Assembly: GCF_037042905.1 (NCBI RefSeq)
Contig: NC_087245.1
Span: 14,696,001 to 14,756,000, forward strand
Direction: 5' to 3'
Origin: Lytechinus pictus
Taxonomy: Eukaryota
Length of the DNA: 60,000 nt
Every line of letters starts with the position of its first letter. Positions within the stretch are counted from its first letter, which is position 1. The notes below the pieces were generated by a model, which was given only the letters and a program-made list of their open reading frames with translations, searched no databases and had not been told where the DNA came from. Both the position numbers and the translations under genes were made by a program. Of this stretch, positions 47,914 to 60,000 are shown one piece after another.

Positions 47914-48040
47914 GTACAACTCCGGTGGGAAGCACTTTGCCAAGGTTCCTTCCAAGTCCTTATCAGTGCAGATAGATGGTGTCACAATCAGCAGTGCCTT
48001 CTGGCAGTCCAAGAGACCAGTCTCCACCAAAAAACACTGA
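47914..48040 (+). CDS. CAMSAP: CAMSAP last coding exon, CKK domain (YNSGGKHFAKVPSKSLSVQIDGVTISSAFWQSKRPVSTKKH*)
   Basis: CAG| phase 2; stop TGA 48038-48040 followed by TAG. Summed exons give 6339 nt = 2112 aa plus stop. Confidence 0.97.
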
Positions 48041-51000
48041 TAGTACAGGTCAAGGGTTCAGAGGTCACCAAACGGTCAAGTCCTGTTGGTATCATATAAC
48101 CTTATAAAGATGAAGGTTGGCACTGCATTATTCAAACTGTGAAATAAGAATAATTTTATTTAATATTCATGAAGTAAGGGGTCAAGGGTCATGTGGTCTG
48201 GGATCATTTCCTCCCATTACCCCTTTACCAAAATGTAGATGTCATTAACTTTCATCAACAGTTTCTATACGGCTGTTATATTCAACTCAACGTGTTGATT
48301 ATTTTCCAAATGACAACACAAGCGTTGAACATCGTACTTGAAATCACTGAAGGAGTGTTTGTTTATAAGCACCGTGAACGTTTTCCCCCAAACTAGTCTG
48401 TCTTGCAATGCATGAAAAATAATACATGGAGACTAAACATGCTGAGAGTGTAGGCTTTTTTATCGGCATTATTGGTGACACTCTGGATTTCTTTACATAA
48501 GTTATGGAAAACTTGTCTGTATTTATGATGCGGAATTATTATGAGATGCTATAACCCATGTGCAATGAAATGTGTTCAATATGAACACATCAACGACTGT
48601 AGTGAACACATCTACTGTAGCTTGTATATAAATATGTATATCTCTCTTTCTCTCTTTCTCTATGGTGAAATATTCCAAGCTTTTCCTATTTATTACACAC
48701 AGCATATTCATGGAGTACACATACTTTTGTTTATGTTACTACTTAAAAAGGAGTCGTTACAAGATATTGTGAGATGTAATGTTTACCATAATGTCATGGA
48801 GGAGTACATAGCCAACGTTCTGTTTTTAAAGTTTGAATGATACTGTACTTACATGCTTCTTTATAGGCCCTGAATAGCTATGAGTGGAGAGAGGGTCAAA
48901 TATTTTCATCATAAAAAAGCCAAAGCCGAGAAGGAATTTGGAAGGATGGATGTAATCACACTGATAAAGTCTATACTAACCATTATGCACTATCATCTAC
49001 CCTTTCCACAGCTACTGGCCATTCTCAAAGACCTTTCTATTATATACTTACTAGCCACTTTGACACAACAGTGCTATTTTTATTTTGGCATGAGAATAAT
49101 ACACATACAGGTATTAGGGTTTATAATGAAATGTACTCATACTCTCGCTTTCTCAACAGTTTTCCTTTTATTACAATTTGTACATTTTGTGATCATGCCT
49201 TCTTGTTCAGTTTATGGAGAGTAGATTATTGTGCCTTCTTTTATTCCTATTTAAATTGATTGATTTGATTAATACACACAAGCAGTCATGAAGTAGTCTG
49301 TTTGTCATACTTTTTCAGTAATAATCATCCCTATAGACAATCCTAAAGGGGCTGCCACATCTGGATAATTCAACCAGCAAATACATGTACCGACATGTTA
49401 CAGCAAGTTATTTTATCATTCTTCTTGATATCAAGAATTGTCATTTGTTCACAAGACCAAACACAATATTTTGCACACAAACAACACAAAATTATCAAGA
49501 AAACACATTGCCATACATCGTTGGCATATGCTAGCTAAATTGCCCATGTGTGAATGTCATTCAACAGAGAAAAATCAGATATAGCCATACTTGATAAGGA
49601 TATCACATACAATTTTCATAGATAATATCAATAATAATAATAGTATTTGTAGGGGGCTTTGTATGGATTTTTTTGACTTGAGGGTGTGCATAGAAATTAG
49701 GATCAATGTATCAAATTAATATAATTTTGTGTTATACTAGTATCCGACATTCTCATGTCCCAAGCTATGTGTCCCATATTTCTCATGTCGATAGATTGAG
49801 TGGATAATGTTATATTTCATGGCTTCTTGCAAATATTTATGACTGTATAGCCCTGTAGTTTGCAGTGCAATTATTCTTTCTTGCAACGTTGTGTTTCTTT
49901 AGTATGTCTGCTATTGCGTGTAGAGGTGCAATTTTACTTATTTGGCTGATTATGAGTGGCTAATGATGGAATCATAGGTATTCCATATGATGCTATATGG
50001 TGTATTAAATTCAGTTTGAATTGTAGAACTTAGTTCATGCAATTACTTTCTAACCCTGCACCACCTCCTTTATATAATGAAACATTGTAAGGTTACATAT
50101 TTGGTCATATTTTAGATAGATATAGCATTTTGATACTAATTTTTTTGATGAGCCTTCTTGACATTGCAAACTTACTCAAAACTTAAAGATGAGGATGAAA
50201 CAATTGTAGTTTAGAAGATAAAATTGCACTTAAGTGTCATTTGTTTTCATGTGCTATATTCTCAATCTACTTTCATTCAGTCTCAGTTTTAACCAAAAAC
50301 AATTTGAAAGATGGGCATCAATATTTTGTCATATAGAAGCAATACACTTGCTATTGTGCTGCATTTATTTGCTTTTTTGTTGTCATTAGTTTGTTCATGG
50401 GCTTCCATTTATTTATTTTGCTTGCAAAATGATCAAGTGTGTTATTTTCTGAGAATTATTTGTAATCTTTTTAGCCAGGAAATGCTTTTTTTTCATTTCT
50501 GCTCTGAATTATTGGAATGATTATACATCAGATATTTTTCTCATGGTAAATCTCCAGAGTAGAAAAAAAAAGGTACCCTTTTCACTCTTCATTTTCTAGA
50601 CTTATCTTATTCTATCATATCTTATTTTCTTATGTTAGCCTTTCATTTACATCTTTGAAATATCAATTATTTCCTTGTTATAATTTGATACATGTCCCTC
50701 ATCCCTGTCCCCCCTCTCTCTTTCCCTCACTCCCTCTATCTATCTCTCCTCTTTGCTAATTTACAAACCTTTGGCGTTTCAGACAATTCTATTTTTGCCT
50801 ATCCTTTTGGTATGGTTTCGATCAGTAGACATTCTCCTAGTTTGACAATCTTTTGAGTAATGTTTTTTTTTATTTGAATGAAATATCTATTTAAGGTCAG
50901 TGATGCAACCAAACTTGTGTGTATATTTGTTTCAGATTATACATATTCATTCATCTTCTATCATTTTGGGTACATTGAATTTTTCATTTCACATAAGTTT

Positions 51001-52835
51001 GACATGATTTGTCTTTCTATTCTCTTCTCTTTTTTCCTCTTCTGCTCTCTCTCTCTTTCTTTGTAATGAATACTGATTTGGCTTTCTACTTGCTATGTGA
51101 CATTCCATCAATTTTTTTTTCCTTCTCTTTTTTGTGTTATTAAATTCAATTTAGTCTCAGTTTGTTTCCTTTTTTTTTCAGCAGTCTTGTGCATATTAAT
51201 AGTCAAAGAGTAATATATGTGGTTCAAATCATATGCACATTTTTACCTGTATCTCCGTTAAGATATTGAATGTTGTAAAGTGGCGATGTGATGTTGTTTG
51301 TGGTATCATCTTTTTTTTTAATATTGATGTTTCATAACCTCGTACAAATTCATCAATGAAGTCTGTATATAGTGCTGTACATAATATATTAATTTGTACA
51401 TAGTATAGTGTCGAATTTGTGTTTGGTACTATAAAAACTTGAATTGAATTTACATGCTGGTGTACAGATGAATGTATTTAAAGCCTTGTATAGTCCTGAA
51501 TAAAGGGAAAAGCAAAAACTTGCTGAAATTCATATTAAAATTAACAACACCATTGAAAGGTTTTAAACAAGAGTTTATATTGCCTATTTGCCTTTAGCGT
51601 AGATTATTTTATCAAATATATTTAGAGTTCATTTATGGAGAAAATATGATTTGAGATTCTGCATATGAGTGATTTATTTTTTTCTTTGAGATTCCATTAA
51701 GTTGGATATATTGATTTTTATGTACATGTCTATGTTAGCCTTAGACAGGCTGGTCAATATTTGTATTTTGAAATTCTTTTCACTTGGGATTTTGGTAATA
51801 TGTAATATGAACAAAATGAATACCATTTTAGAATCAAGTTTAGATTAGGAAACAGAATGTTCATGGTTGTAGCAATTTACCTGGTTAACTATGGTAGTTT
51901 CAAATTGCCTAGAAAACTAGATCATAATTGGGGAATGATAGTGATATTGATGACATAACAATTTGAAGTAGCAGTGCATTCTAGAAATTAAAGGTTTTAA
52001 ACAATTATGATTTCATGTAATAACATAAGAAAATGGAAAGTGGGGATGTGACATAATCAGCCCATCTAATGAATATTCATGATGACGTGCATATAACTCT
52101 TTTCAAAATATATTGCTAAACTTAAAAATTCAATAACTTCGCCATTTGTTATCAGATTTTGATGAAATTTTCAGCATTTTGCTCTGTGAATTTTACTCTA
52201 TTTATTTAGATACAAATATTTTCAGCCGGAAGCATCCCTATAATGCATAGTTAGACATGCATTTTCATTTTAAATTAAGCATTATTTTAATATCTTATCT
52301 AATGCTTGATTTAAACAATGCAATCTGTGTCAATGCAAAAGTTATTTGATTTAGCATGCCAATTATTTGTGACATTAATTAACCCATAGAGAGATAGGTA
52401 CGTTTCATCTTATCTTCTAATGAATGTTGAATCCTTAAAATGTAGAAGTGGTGTCAATTACATACTATTCAAAGTGTGGATAGATATTTCTGTAATATAA
52501 TTTTAAAAATGCAATGTTGACAATGAGCTGTATTCACTTCAAATAAGGCTACACTTTGATTTATATCAAATTCCATTAAGAGATAAATTGTTCATGTTCA
52601 TGAAGGATCGATTTGTCTGATTTAATACACACAAGTTCGTGTAATCTTGTCCAATAAAGTGAATCTTTTAAATAAAACGCTGCCAAAATGCTTGTATGAA
52701 AATGGATTGATTTTTCATATATCTGATTTAAAATAGAGCTATCTTGTTGTGTTTTGTCTTTCTAAAAAATAACTATGCTCGAGTTACAATACAACATGTG
52801 TAAAGTCAATGCCATGTTTTCCATAAATAAATGGA
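48041..52835 (+). other. CAMSAP: Putative long CAMSAP 3'UTR with candidate poly(A) signals
   Basis: AT-rich and largely TE-free. AATAAA at 51499, ~52653, ~52672 and ~52826. The true end cannot be fixed from sequence alone. Confidence 0.45.
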
Positions 52836-54203
52836 TGTCTGAGTGTTCAGGAAATGACAGATAATGTGCTTATTGATGTTAAAGATTTTAATTGTCTTTT
52901 CTTTGTTTGTAAAAAGTCCCACTTGTTGTGTGCATACAATGTATAATTATTGTAAACAAAATGGCTGGATACATGTGTGCAGCATTAAAGTATGGAAAAC
53001 AACTATGAACAGAAACAAAATAATATGTTTACTTATGTTTTTATTTGTGTCAACAATCTCAAATATTTTCTTATAAACATATTTCAACATCATACACATC
53101 TACTGTGGCTTTAACTGTTTAACTGAGTCATGCTTTGAAATATATGGATTGGATTTAATTACATTTATATCATAGTTTGTATGTATCCATTACCTAAGTT
53201 GTTCCTTCAATTAATAAGTTATGTAAACACAAGCATTATGATCACCATATAATTTCAATACGAATCTTGCAAACAATCCAAATGAAAAATAACATACTTT
53301 TGTAATCATGGTAGTATCACACACATAGCACAAAGTTTATATTGTAATCATACACACAAGTAAACCTGTGAAAAGTCTTGTCAGACAAAGAATGAGAGTA
53401 CAATTATGCAAAGTTAGTTCCAAGGTTATGGCTTTCCCTCTAAGAAATAACAATTTTTTTATCTGTTAATAATATTATTCTTTCTTCAAAAAGATATTAT
53501 GATAAATTATATACCACAAATTCCATCTGAAAAACAGAAGACCAAGACATGCAGTGAAGCTGATATTTGATATGTTCACGCAAGGTATTATACAACATGT
53601 TGAAAGTATCCGTTTTGACCATCTTGCATCTAGACCCAGCATGAACAGTATCTGAAGGAAGCGACAAAGTAACTTTCTTTTTTCAAGAGCAAACTTTGCA
53701 TGCCATTATACCATATGTCAATGCAATATGATGATGGTTTATAATTTATATCTGAATGAGCAATGTATTTTTGTGTGAAATTTGCCTGAATAAATCCTAT
53801 ATCTGTATATCAAATATGAAAACATCAAAAACTTGAATTTGCCTGAAGTACATTTACTTCCTTTTGTCAATCCATGGCAGTGTGAAGCTACCGGCCTGTC
53901 ATTTTACCCCCGAAGAATCAAATAAGATATTCAGTACTTTATTTTCCAGAGGAAGAATTACCAATATAAGATTGACAAGGGCAGTGCCAAGAGGGGGCAA
54001 GGTGACTAAAAGGTGACTTCATTTTTTTAATAGGAAAAATATGTCGATTATTTCATGATCCTACCTACACACCTTTATCCTCTCCTGACATTAACACTCC
54101 AGATTAAAACGCACTTCTTGCGGCTGAATATCATATGAACAGCGAACAAAACGGTGAAATTCATTACTTTTTTCCATAATATTTCATATTTGCGAATAAA
54201 CTA

Positions 54204-54683
54204 TCATTGTTCCATCATTGAAATAATAACATGATCATCCCTCCGTTGCCATAGCATTTCTCCTTCAAAATCGATCAGTCCTTGCTTTCTGGCACGCATC
54301 AAAATCCCCACGAGTTTATTTGAGATTTTCGAGTACAATTCGAAGAGCTTCCCGAAATGAATCCAATAATAGACGCTCCCGTCGTCAGCTGTCTCTCGAT
54401 GACCGGACTGTTTCATAATGGCGACCAGTTGCTTGATCTCGCCACTGATGCGCTCCCCCGCCATCTGACCTCGTATGGCCGTCATCGAACCTTCCATGGG
54501 ACGGGCATAGTTGGGGTCGTCTTTGTCCAGCTTCGCCCTGGTCGACGCCCCCGCCCATTCTGAGAATGGGTTGATGAGTTGTTTGTTCTTGTGCTCGTTC
54601 TCAACGTTTTTCCATTTGGCTATCCTACTGCTCAAGCTCCCACCCGACTCTCGATCTACCCCGTCGTTTATGTCGAGATCCAT
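54204..54683 (-). CDS. ABRA: Actin-binding Rho-activating protein (ABRA/STARS), Costars domain, 159 aa, single coding exon
   Basis: KQLINPFSE...Y.RP.EGS.TA.RG...FGKLFELYSKISNKLVGILMRARKQGLIDFEGEMLWQRRDDHVII matches the ABRA C-terminal region. In-frame TAG upstream of the ATG. Minus-strand acceptor (CTAAT...GGCAG) with the exon starting at 54725. Confidence 0.93.
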   Translation of the reverse strand: MDLDINDGVDRESGGSLSSRIAKWKNVENEHKNKQLINPFSEWAGASTRAKLDKDDPNYARPMEGSMTAIRGQMAGERISGEIKQLVAIMKQSGHRETADDGSVYYWIHFGKLFELYSKISNKLVGILMRARKQGLIDFEGEMLWQRRDDHVIISMMEQ

Positions 54684-54825
54684 GTTTAGATCAGCAATCT
54701 AGCTCCTTTTGATGCGTAATACTATCTGCCAATGATTAGAAATTTGAAGAAATACATATTTAATGAAGAAAATAAAACTACAATCGAGGGAGCCTCTAGG
54801 GAAGGCACAAAACCAGGCAGATTTT

Positions 54826-56364
54826 CATAGGCGGATCCAGGGGGCGCCGACCCCCCCCCCCCTATTGGCGGAGCAAAAAAAAGGGGGGGGGGAGAAAAAG
54901 AAGGGGAAAGAGGGGAGAAAAAAGAAGAGGTAAAATAAGACGAGGAAGACGAGTGAATAAAATAAGGTCAGGGGAAGACTTGGAAAAAAAAAATAATGTC
55001 ACTATAAAATTTTCGCTCGCGCTTCGTGCTCGCATTGCCTGTTCGATGAAAAACATATCTGCTCAATAAGCTGATATGGAGCCCCGGGTACGGAGCTTAA
55101 GATATTAGTTTTGAAATCAATATACAAAACATATTTCAGCTCAGATATCGAGATTTCATTATTTTGTTTGCTTTGTAAAATGTCCGTTTTATGGTGTAAA
55201 TATCAACATTTTCAGCTTGCGCTATGCGCTCGCGTTATTTGATTTGCCAAGTAACTATTGTCTTTGTGTATTCCACAAAGTCCTCAAAATATCCCTTTTC
55301 AGGTGTCTGATTGTCAAAACGTAGACCTATGAGCTTGCGCTAGCTGTTCGCTTGCATTTTGATTGGTGAGTTGACGTCTATATTAATTCTCAACTACTTA
55401 AAATCCCCTTTTTTATGGCAGTTTATCAAAAATTTTGGCTCACGGTTTGCGCTCGCATTAATTTTTAACAATATATTAACCCATGCATCCTATTCAAAAT
55501 TACAAAAGTGCTTAAAATGTCCAGTTTTCAGGCCTCAATATCAAAAAATTTCACGATCTCATTAGGCTTATATTAGATTAATAAACATAACATGTTCATG
55601 AATTCCTAATAACTAAATTGTCTCTTATTCAGAATGGAATATCGACAAGTTTCAGCTCGCGCTTAGGAAGAGAAATAGGAAAATATTCGTCGCATTATTA
55701 ATGCAAGAAGATACCAAATTACGCATCCTTTTCCGTGATTTATAAAACATGAATAGAGTGTCCAGTTTTTAGGTCTGAAATCTTTTTTTTTTCCGCTCGC
55801 GCTTCGCGCTTGCATCAACAATTATTATTGTTTAGTTATATACCCATCCCGTTCATGATTACAAAAAGTGCTTATAATGTCAATTTATCAACAAAAAATC
55901 GGAATATCAAAAATTTTCAGCTCGCCCTTCGATCGCGCTCGCATTATTAATCGTTGAAACGTGTATCGTCTTATAATGTCGAACTACATGCAAAAAGTCC
56001 TTAACAGGTCCCTTTTCGATCAGACCAGAACGAATATTAAAAATTTCTGCTTGCACTTCGTGCTCGCAGTAATTATTAGTTACATACGCATCTTGTTCAG
56101 GATCACAAACATTGCCCAAAATGTTTAATTTTCAGGACAAAATACATGAAATTTTTCCCATACTATCTTTTTTTAAAATAGGGCTCATGAGATTTGTACA
56201 CCTTTTTATTGTTTTATAAGAATAATAAAGTTAAAGAAGTAACTGTTAGGACTACCCCTTCAAAGAAACAATCAAAAATCAACTTTGAGCGGCCGATCGC
56301 GGAACATATGCTGGGTGAAAAAAAAAATCGGCCGCCCTAATTGCATGTATGGTGCCGCCCCGTG
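54826..56364. mobile_element. hAT-like non-autonomous element related to 625-1507, carrying ~10 degenerate ~120-bp units
   Basis: Starts CATAGGCGGATCCAGGGGG, then a C-run and purine tract as in 625-760. Repeated AAATTTTCAGCTCGCGCTTCGCGCTCGCATT variants. Imperfect right end GGTGCCGCCCCGTG; no TSD seen. Confidence 0.65.
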
Positions 56365-56484
56365 AACATAATACATAAATGTATACTTTAACTACCCTGC
56401 ATTCACAGTACAGCTGGACTTCACGTGTTTTGTTGAAATCATGCAAGTTTATGATCACTATAAAAGGGCACCAAATTTCATTTT

Positions 56485-56730
56485 CATTATCACCATTATA
56501 TATTGCTTTCATTATCCTTGTAATATTTTATAATTATTATTATCATTATCAATATTATTATTATCATCATCATAATATCATCATCATCTATCATCATTTT
56601 GATTACCATCATCATCATAGGGCCTAATCATCATCATCACCATAATCATATAATTATCATCATTTATTTGTCATTATGATAACCAATATATTATCCTCAT
56701 ATATTACCCCCTTTATTATGATGATCATTG
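56485..56730. repeat. Degenerate (ATC/ATT)n microsatellite
   Basis: Runs of tcatcatcat and tattattat. Confidence 0.8.
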
Positions 56731-58686
56731 TTTTTAGTTCGAATCAAGGCTCTAAATTAATCATCACCCATAGTCATTTTATTAGTGTTATTTTATCATA
56801 TTTTGACCTATACTATATGCAGACATTATTAGGCCTATCCCAGGATTAATGGTAATTATCACTCCAATATCACTAATCACTTCAGTTCAAATTCATTATT
56901 GCGTTCTTAATTTTAGTCTTATATTCTCGCATCTCGGGCCTAAACGTCAAACTGGCTACACATCGATCACAATATTGCAGTATTATAGGCATACGATGGC
57001 TCATTGGCATATTTATCCCTACCAACTATTTTTGTCCGAGGCAACTTAACTCCACTGACTGTGTCTAACAACACGGAAACAAACATTGACCTATCTATCG
57101 ACTGGATCGAAAATTTCACAAACAAAATAACGCGCTACATGGCTTCTTATAGTTAACCCAAGCCAGTGAAGTGTCAGCTGTGAACCAGTGAGAACTGGTT
57201 TTCTAACAGAACAATAAAACTAAGAATACGTACCGTATAAGGGGGCGTGTCATGTCGTCGATGATGACGAAATAAGCAAACATACACAGCAGAACGAAAC
57301 ATTGGCAATCTAAAGTTTGACGATTGCTTGTGAATTTTTTTGTTTTTAGTAGTATACAAAATGATATATTTTTGCTATTTGATAATTGTAATAACATTTT
57401 TGACTTCATAATATTTATTTTGTTATTCTTCAATATATTTAAAAGTTACAATATCCCTTAATCATAATGATCATTATTCAGTATTATTCTTCCTCAGATT
57501 GTTCGTCGATGAATACACGACCTTGGTGACGAATGAGAAAATGCGTGTACGATAAACGAGAGAATATCACCGCTAACTATGTTGGCACGATTTTTCTTCC
57601 CACCATAGATCGTAACATGAGGACGGGTGAATGCCACTTCTAAATTCCGACTCCCACCCCCTTTCTGGATCAAATTGCGATATACTTGTAGGCATACTGA
57701 CCTCCCCCCCCCCCCCCCCGTGAATCAGAGGCCCCGAAAAAGGTCTCTCTCTCTCTTTCGTAAAAAGGGTGATATATCGTGTCTTATACTCCCCTTACAA
57801 CAGCGAAAGTCGTATTGGCAAACCCATGCAACCATATCGGTTTGCCAGACCTGTGATAAATCATTGTGGGGACGCTGAAACGGGCCTAACGGGGCCGGGG
57901 CGGGAGCCGGGGGTGGCTGGATGGGCTTCAGCCCCTTTTTTCCAAAACCGTGTACAAAAATGTAAAAATTACCATCATTGTTTGCATGGTCAGAAGCCCC
58001 CCCCCCCCCCACACTTTTATAACCGTTCCGCGTTGTGTTTAGGGCACACTTTGATTCATTTTTGTCAGAATATTATAGCGCGAACCCCGAATTGAACTTT
58101 TACGACCGTATACCCTACTCCTTGGTCATACAAAGACACATTAAATTCTGAGTGTTTGTGGGCAATCCTACAATAATGGCAATGCGCTAGTTACGGTACA
58201 GATCGACCTGCATGGGCCCCGGCTCAAAAATCATTAGATAATTATTACTTGTATCATGTACTTATTTTTGTCACCTTATACTCTTGATGAACTTGTTTGC
58301 TTTGCCAAACATTATTCCTACAAGAGTCTTATAGCTTGGTATCATACGAGAAAGCAAAGCGAAACAAATAGCGTAGACCAATTTGTCGTTTGTGACAAAA
58401 ATGATCGCCACCCAAAACCCGCATAGCAATGGAGAAAATGTGACTTTTAATTGCCCTTATTACGTGACATTGAAGTTAAATTTTGGGGGAATCTTGAGAC
58501 GGCGGCCCAAAAGCCCGCAAAGTGTGGTGCTCATTCAATTGAATTATCGAAACCTAACGGACATCAAATCCACTGTGATTTTAGAATTTGTGTATATTTT
58601 CCCATAAAGAGCCATACGTTTTAGTTTTAAGAAATACAGTTTTTTCCATATAGAAAGTCACATATCCATTAAGTTACCGGCCTAAA

Positions 58687-59452
58687 CCCTATATCGAGGC
58701 CGGGGTATTTTGGGATCATAATTATGGCTGGCGGGGGGGGGGGGGGGCTCCCCCCTCCCTCCCCACCTTGAGATTTCTATACCATCGATCGCGCAGTCGC
58801 GCCGAGGATTGGCACGCAGGTTGCCTGGGACATAATCTACAAAATTCTATATTAATTTATTTCATACGAGGAGAATAATATTGATTATGCTAATTTATGC
58901 GTAATATGCAATCATACTTTTCCCCTCTAATCATCCCTAAATAAAGCTCCAAATGTTCTAATATTTGGTGTAGAAACTCTTTGTGATGTTCAAATGAACG
59001 TGAAAAATATCGATATCAGAAAGTCAATTTCTTGTATTGTATTGGGTTATATGTATTTTTCAAATTATTTCTTTGTTTTTGGACCTTTTGTTTTTCATTG
59101 TTTTTCGATGAACACTTTGTCGGGGACTCTTTTGAGATCATAAACAGCATAAAATAAATCAATTTAAACCAGCAAAACTAGAAATAATCATACATTTATG
59201 ATTTTTTGTTGAAAAGGCACAAAGTGCATTGACTTTGTAAACGAAATCACGTTTTTGAGCAATTTTTGGTCTGACATTAATTACAAAATGTTGCGTAATT
59301 TCGGAACCGCCGCGTACCCGGGCGTCGCAATTTGGTCTCAAAGAATGCACAAGGCTTGAGAGTAAAAAGTCAAAAAATTTCGCGCGGCTAAACTATTACG
59401 CAAATCGTTGAGGGGGGGGGGCTCCAAGGCCCCACCCCCGGCCTAGATAGAG
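58687..59452. mobile_element. piggyBac-like MITE
   Basis: Left TAAA|CCCTATATCGAGGCCGGGG, right CCCCGGCCTAGATAGAG|TTAA: imperfect TIR with a TTAA-type target. Confidence 0.65.
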
Positions 59453-59925
59453 TTAAATGAGTAGGCCTACCTCGGGGCCTATACCCCTTCCCCAACCCTC
59501 TCAATGCCCAAGGGTCACGATCGTCATTTTTTTACTGCTTCAGATAATGACATATTATTTCATTTCCATTTCAGTTCACCACCGACCGTGGGGGTCATGA
59601 AAGGTCGGGCCCCGTCTCGGCCCTGATTGATTTTATGACAGTAGTACATCAACTGGCATGTTCCATCACTACAGATCAGTGGTCCCACTCATGATGTACA
59701 GATGGAAATTGGGCTTGGGGCCACGCCCCCTGGGCCCCACCGCCCCTTCCCGCAATAATGATGCGATGACGAATAAAGAAAAGGGAGAGAAAATAAAGAT
59801 TAGGAAAGGGAAGCAAGAAGTATATTATTTTCTAAACATTAATTGTGTCAAATTTTATCAGTATTAGATTTTGTGTTTAAAAGGGATCTTTTTTTTTAGT
59901 GTTCCTCTTAGTCCTAGCTTGCAAG

Positions 59926-60000
59926 CATAGGTGGCGGAAGCGGGGGGGGGGGGCGGGGGGACGTGTCCCCCCTAAATTTTAGGTGGGGGGACGATCCCCC
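59926..60000. mobile_element. Start of another hAT-like GC-run MITE, cut by the window edge
   Basis: CATAGGTGGCGGAAGC(G)n...GGGGGACGTGTCCCCC resembles the termini at 625 and 54826. Confidence 0.55.

Noticed and set aside
55005..56160. CRISPR array
   Set aside because: Eukaryotic context, degenerate repeats, irregular 76-140-nt period, spacers related to one another, no cas genes. It is a TE-internal tandem array.

Overview
AT-rich, intron-containing animal DNA. The repeat content suggests an echinoderm (sea-urchin-like) genome, but this is inference. Most of the window is one + strand CAMSAP/Patronin gene (microtubule minus-end binding protein). I assembled it by hand from 18 coding exons, ATG 6734 to TGA 48040, about 2112 aa, with phase-consistent GT-AG junctions. 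It encodes the N-terminal region, CH domain, a 3.7-kb disordered/coiled-coil exon, CC3 and the CKK domain. It appears to share a ~250-bp bidirectional promoter (~4380-4650) with an unidentified minus-strand gene, of which only the first exon (MAMSTD|GTAAGT) is visible. It converges tail-to-tail with a compact 159-aa ABRA/STARS (Costars-domain) gene at 54204-54683. Introns and flanks carry many non-autonomous elements: hAT-, Tc1/mariner-, PIF/Harbinger-, piggyBac- and Kolobok-like MITEs, Helentron-type HINEs and tRNA-derived SINEs. The most notable observations are: (1) a sharply localised excess of the palindrome TACATGTA (plus TAGGCCTA and TACWGTA) that matches transposon excision footprints; (2) a diverged intronic copy of the end of the last CH-domain exon with a synonymous-substitution pattern; (3) a decayed duplicate of exon 12 that would act as a poison exon; (4) candidate microexons and alternative first exons; (5) a TE-borne cluster of DR1/DR4 nuclear-receptor sites; (6) ~120-bp periodic arrays built on a GCGAAGC mini-hairpin. 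All counts are by eye, no database searches were run, and no prokaryotic-type system (CRISPR etc.) is supported.
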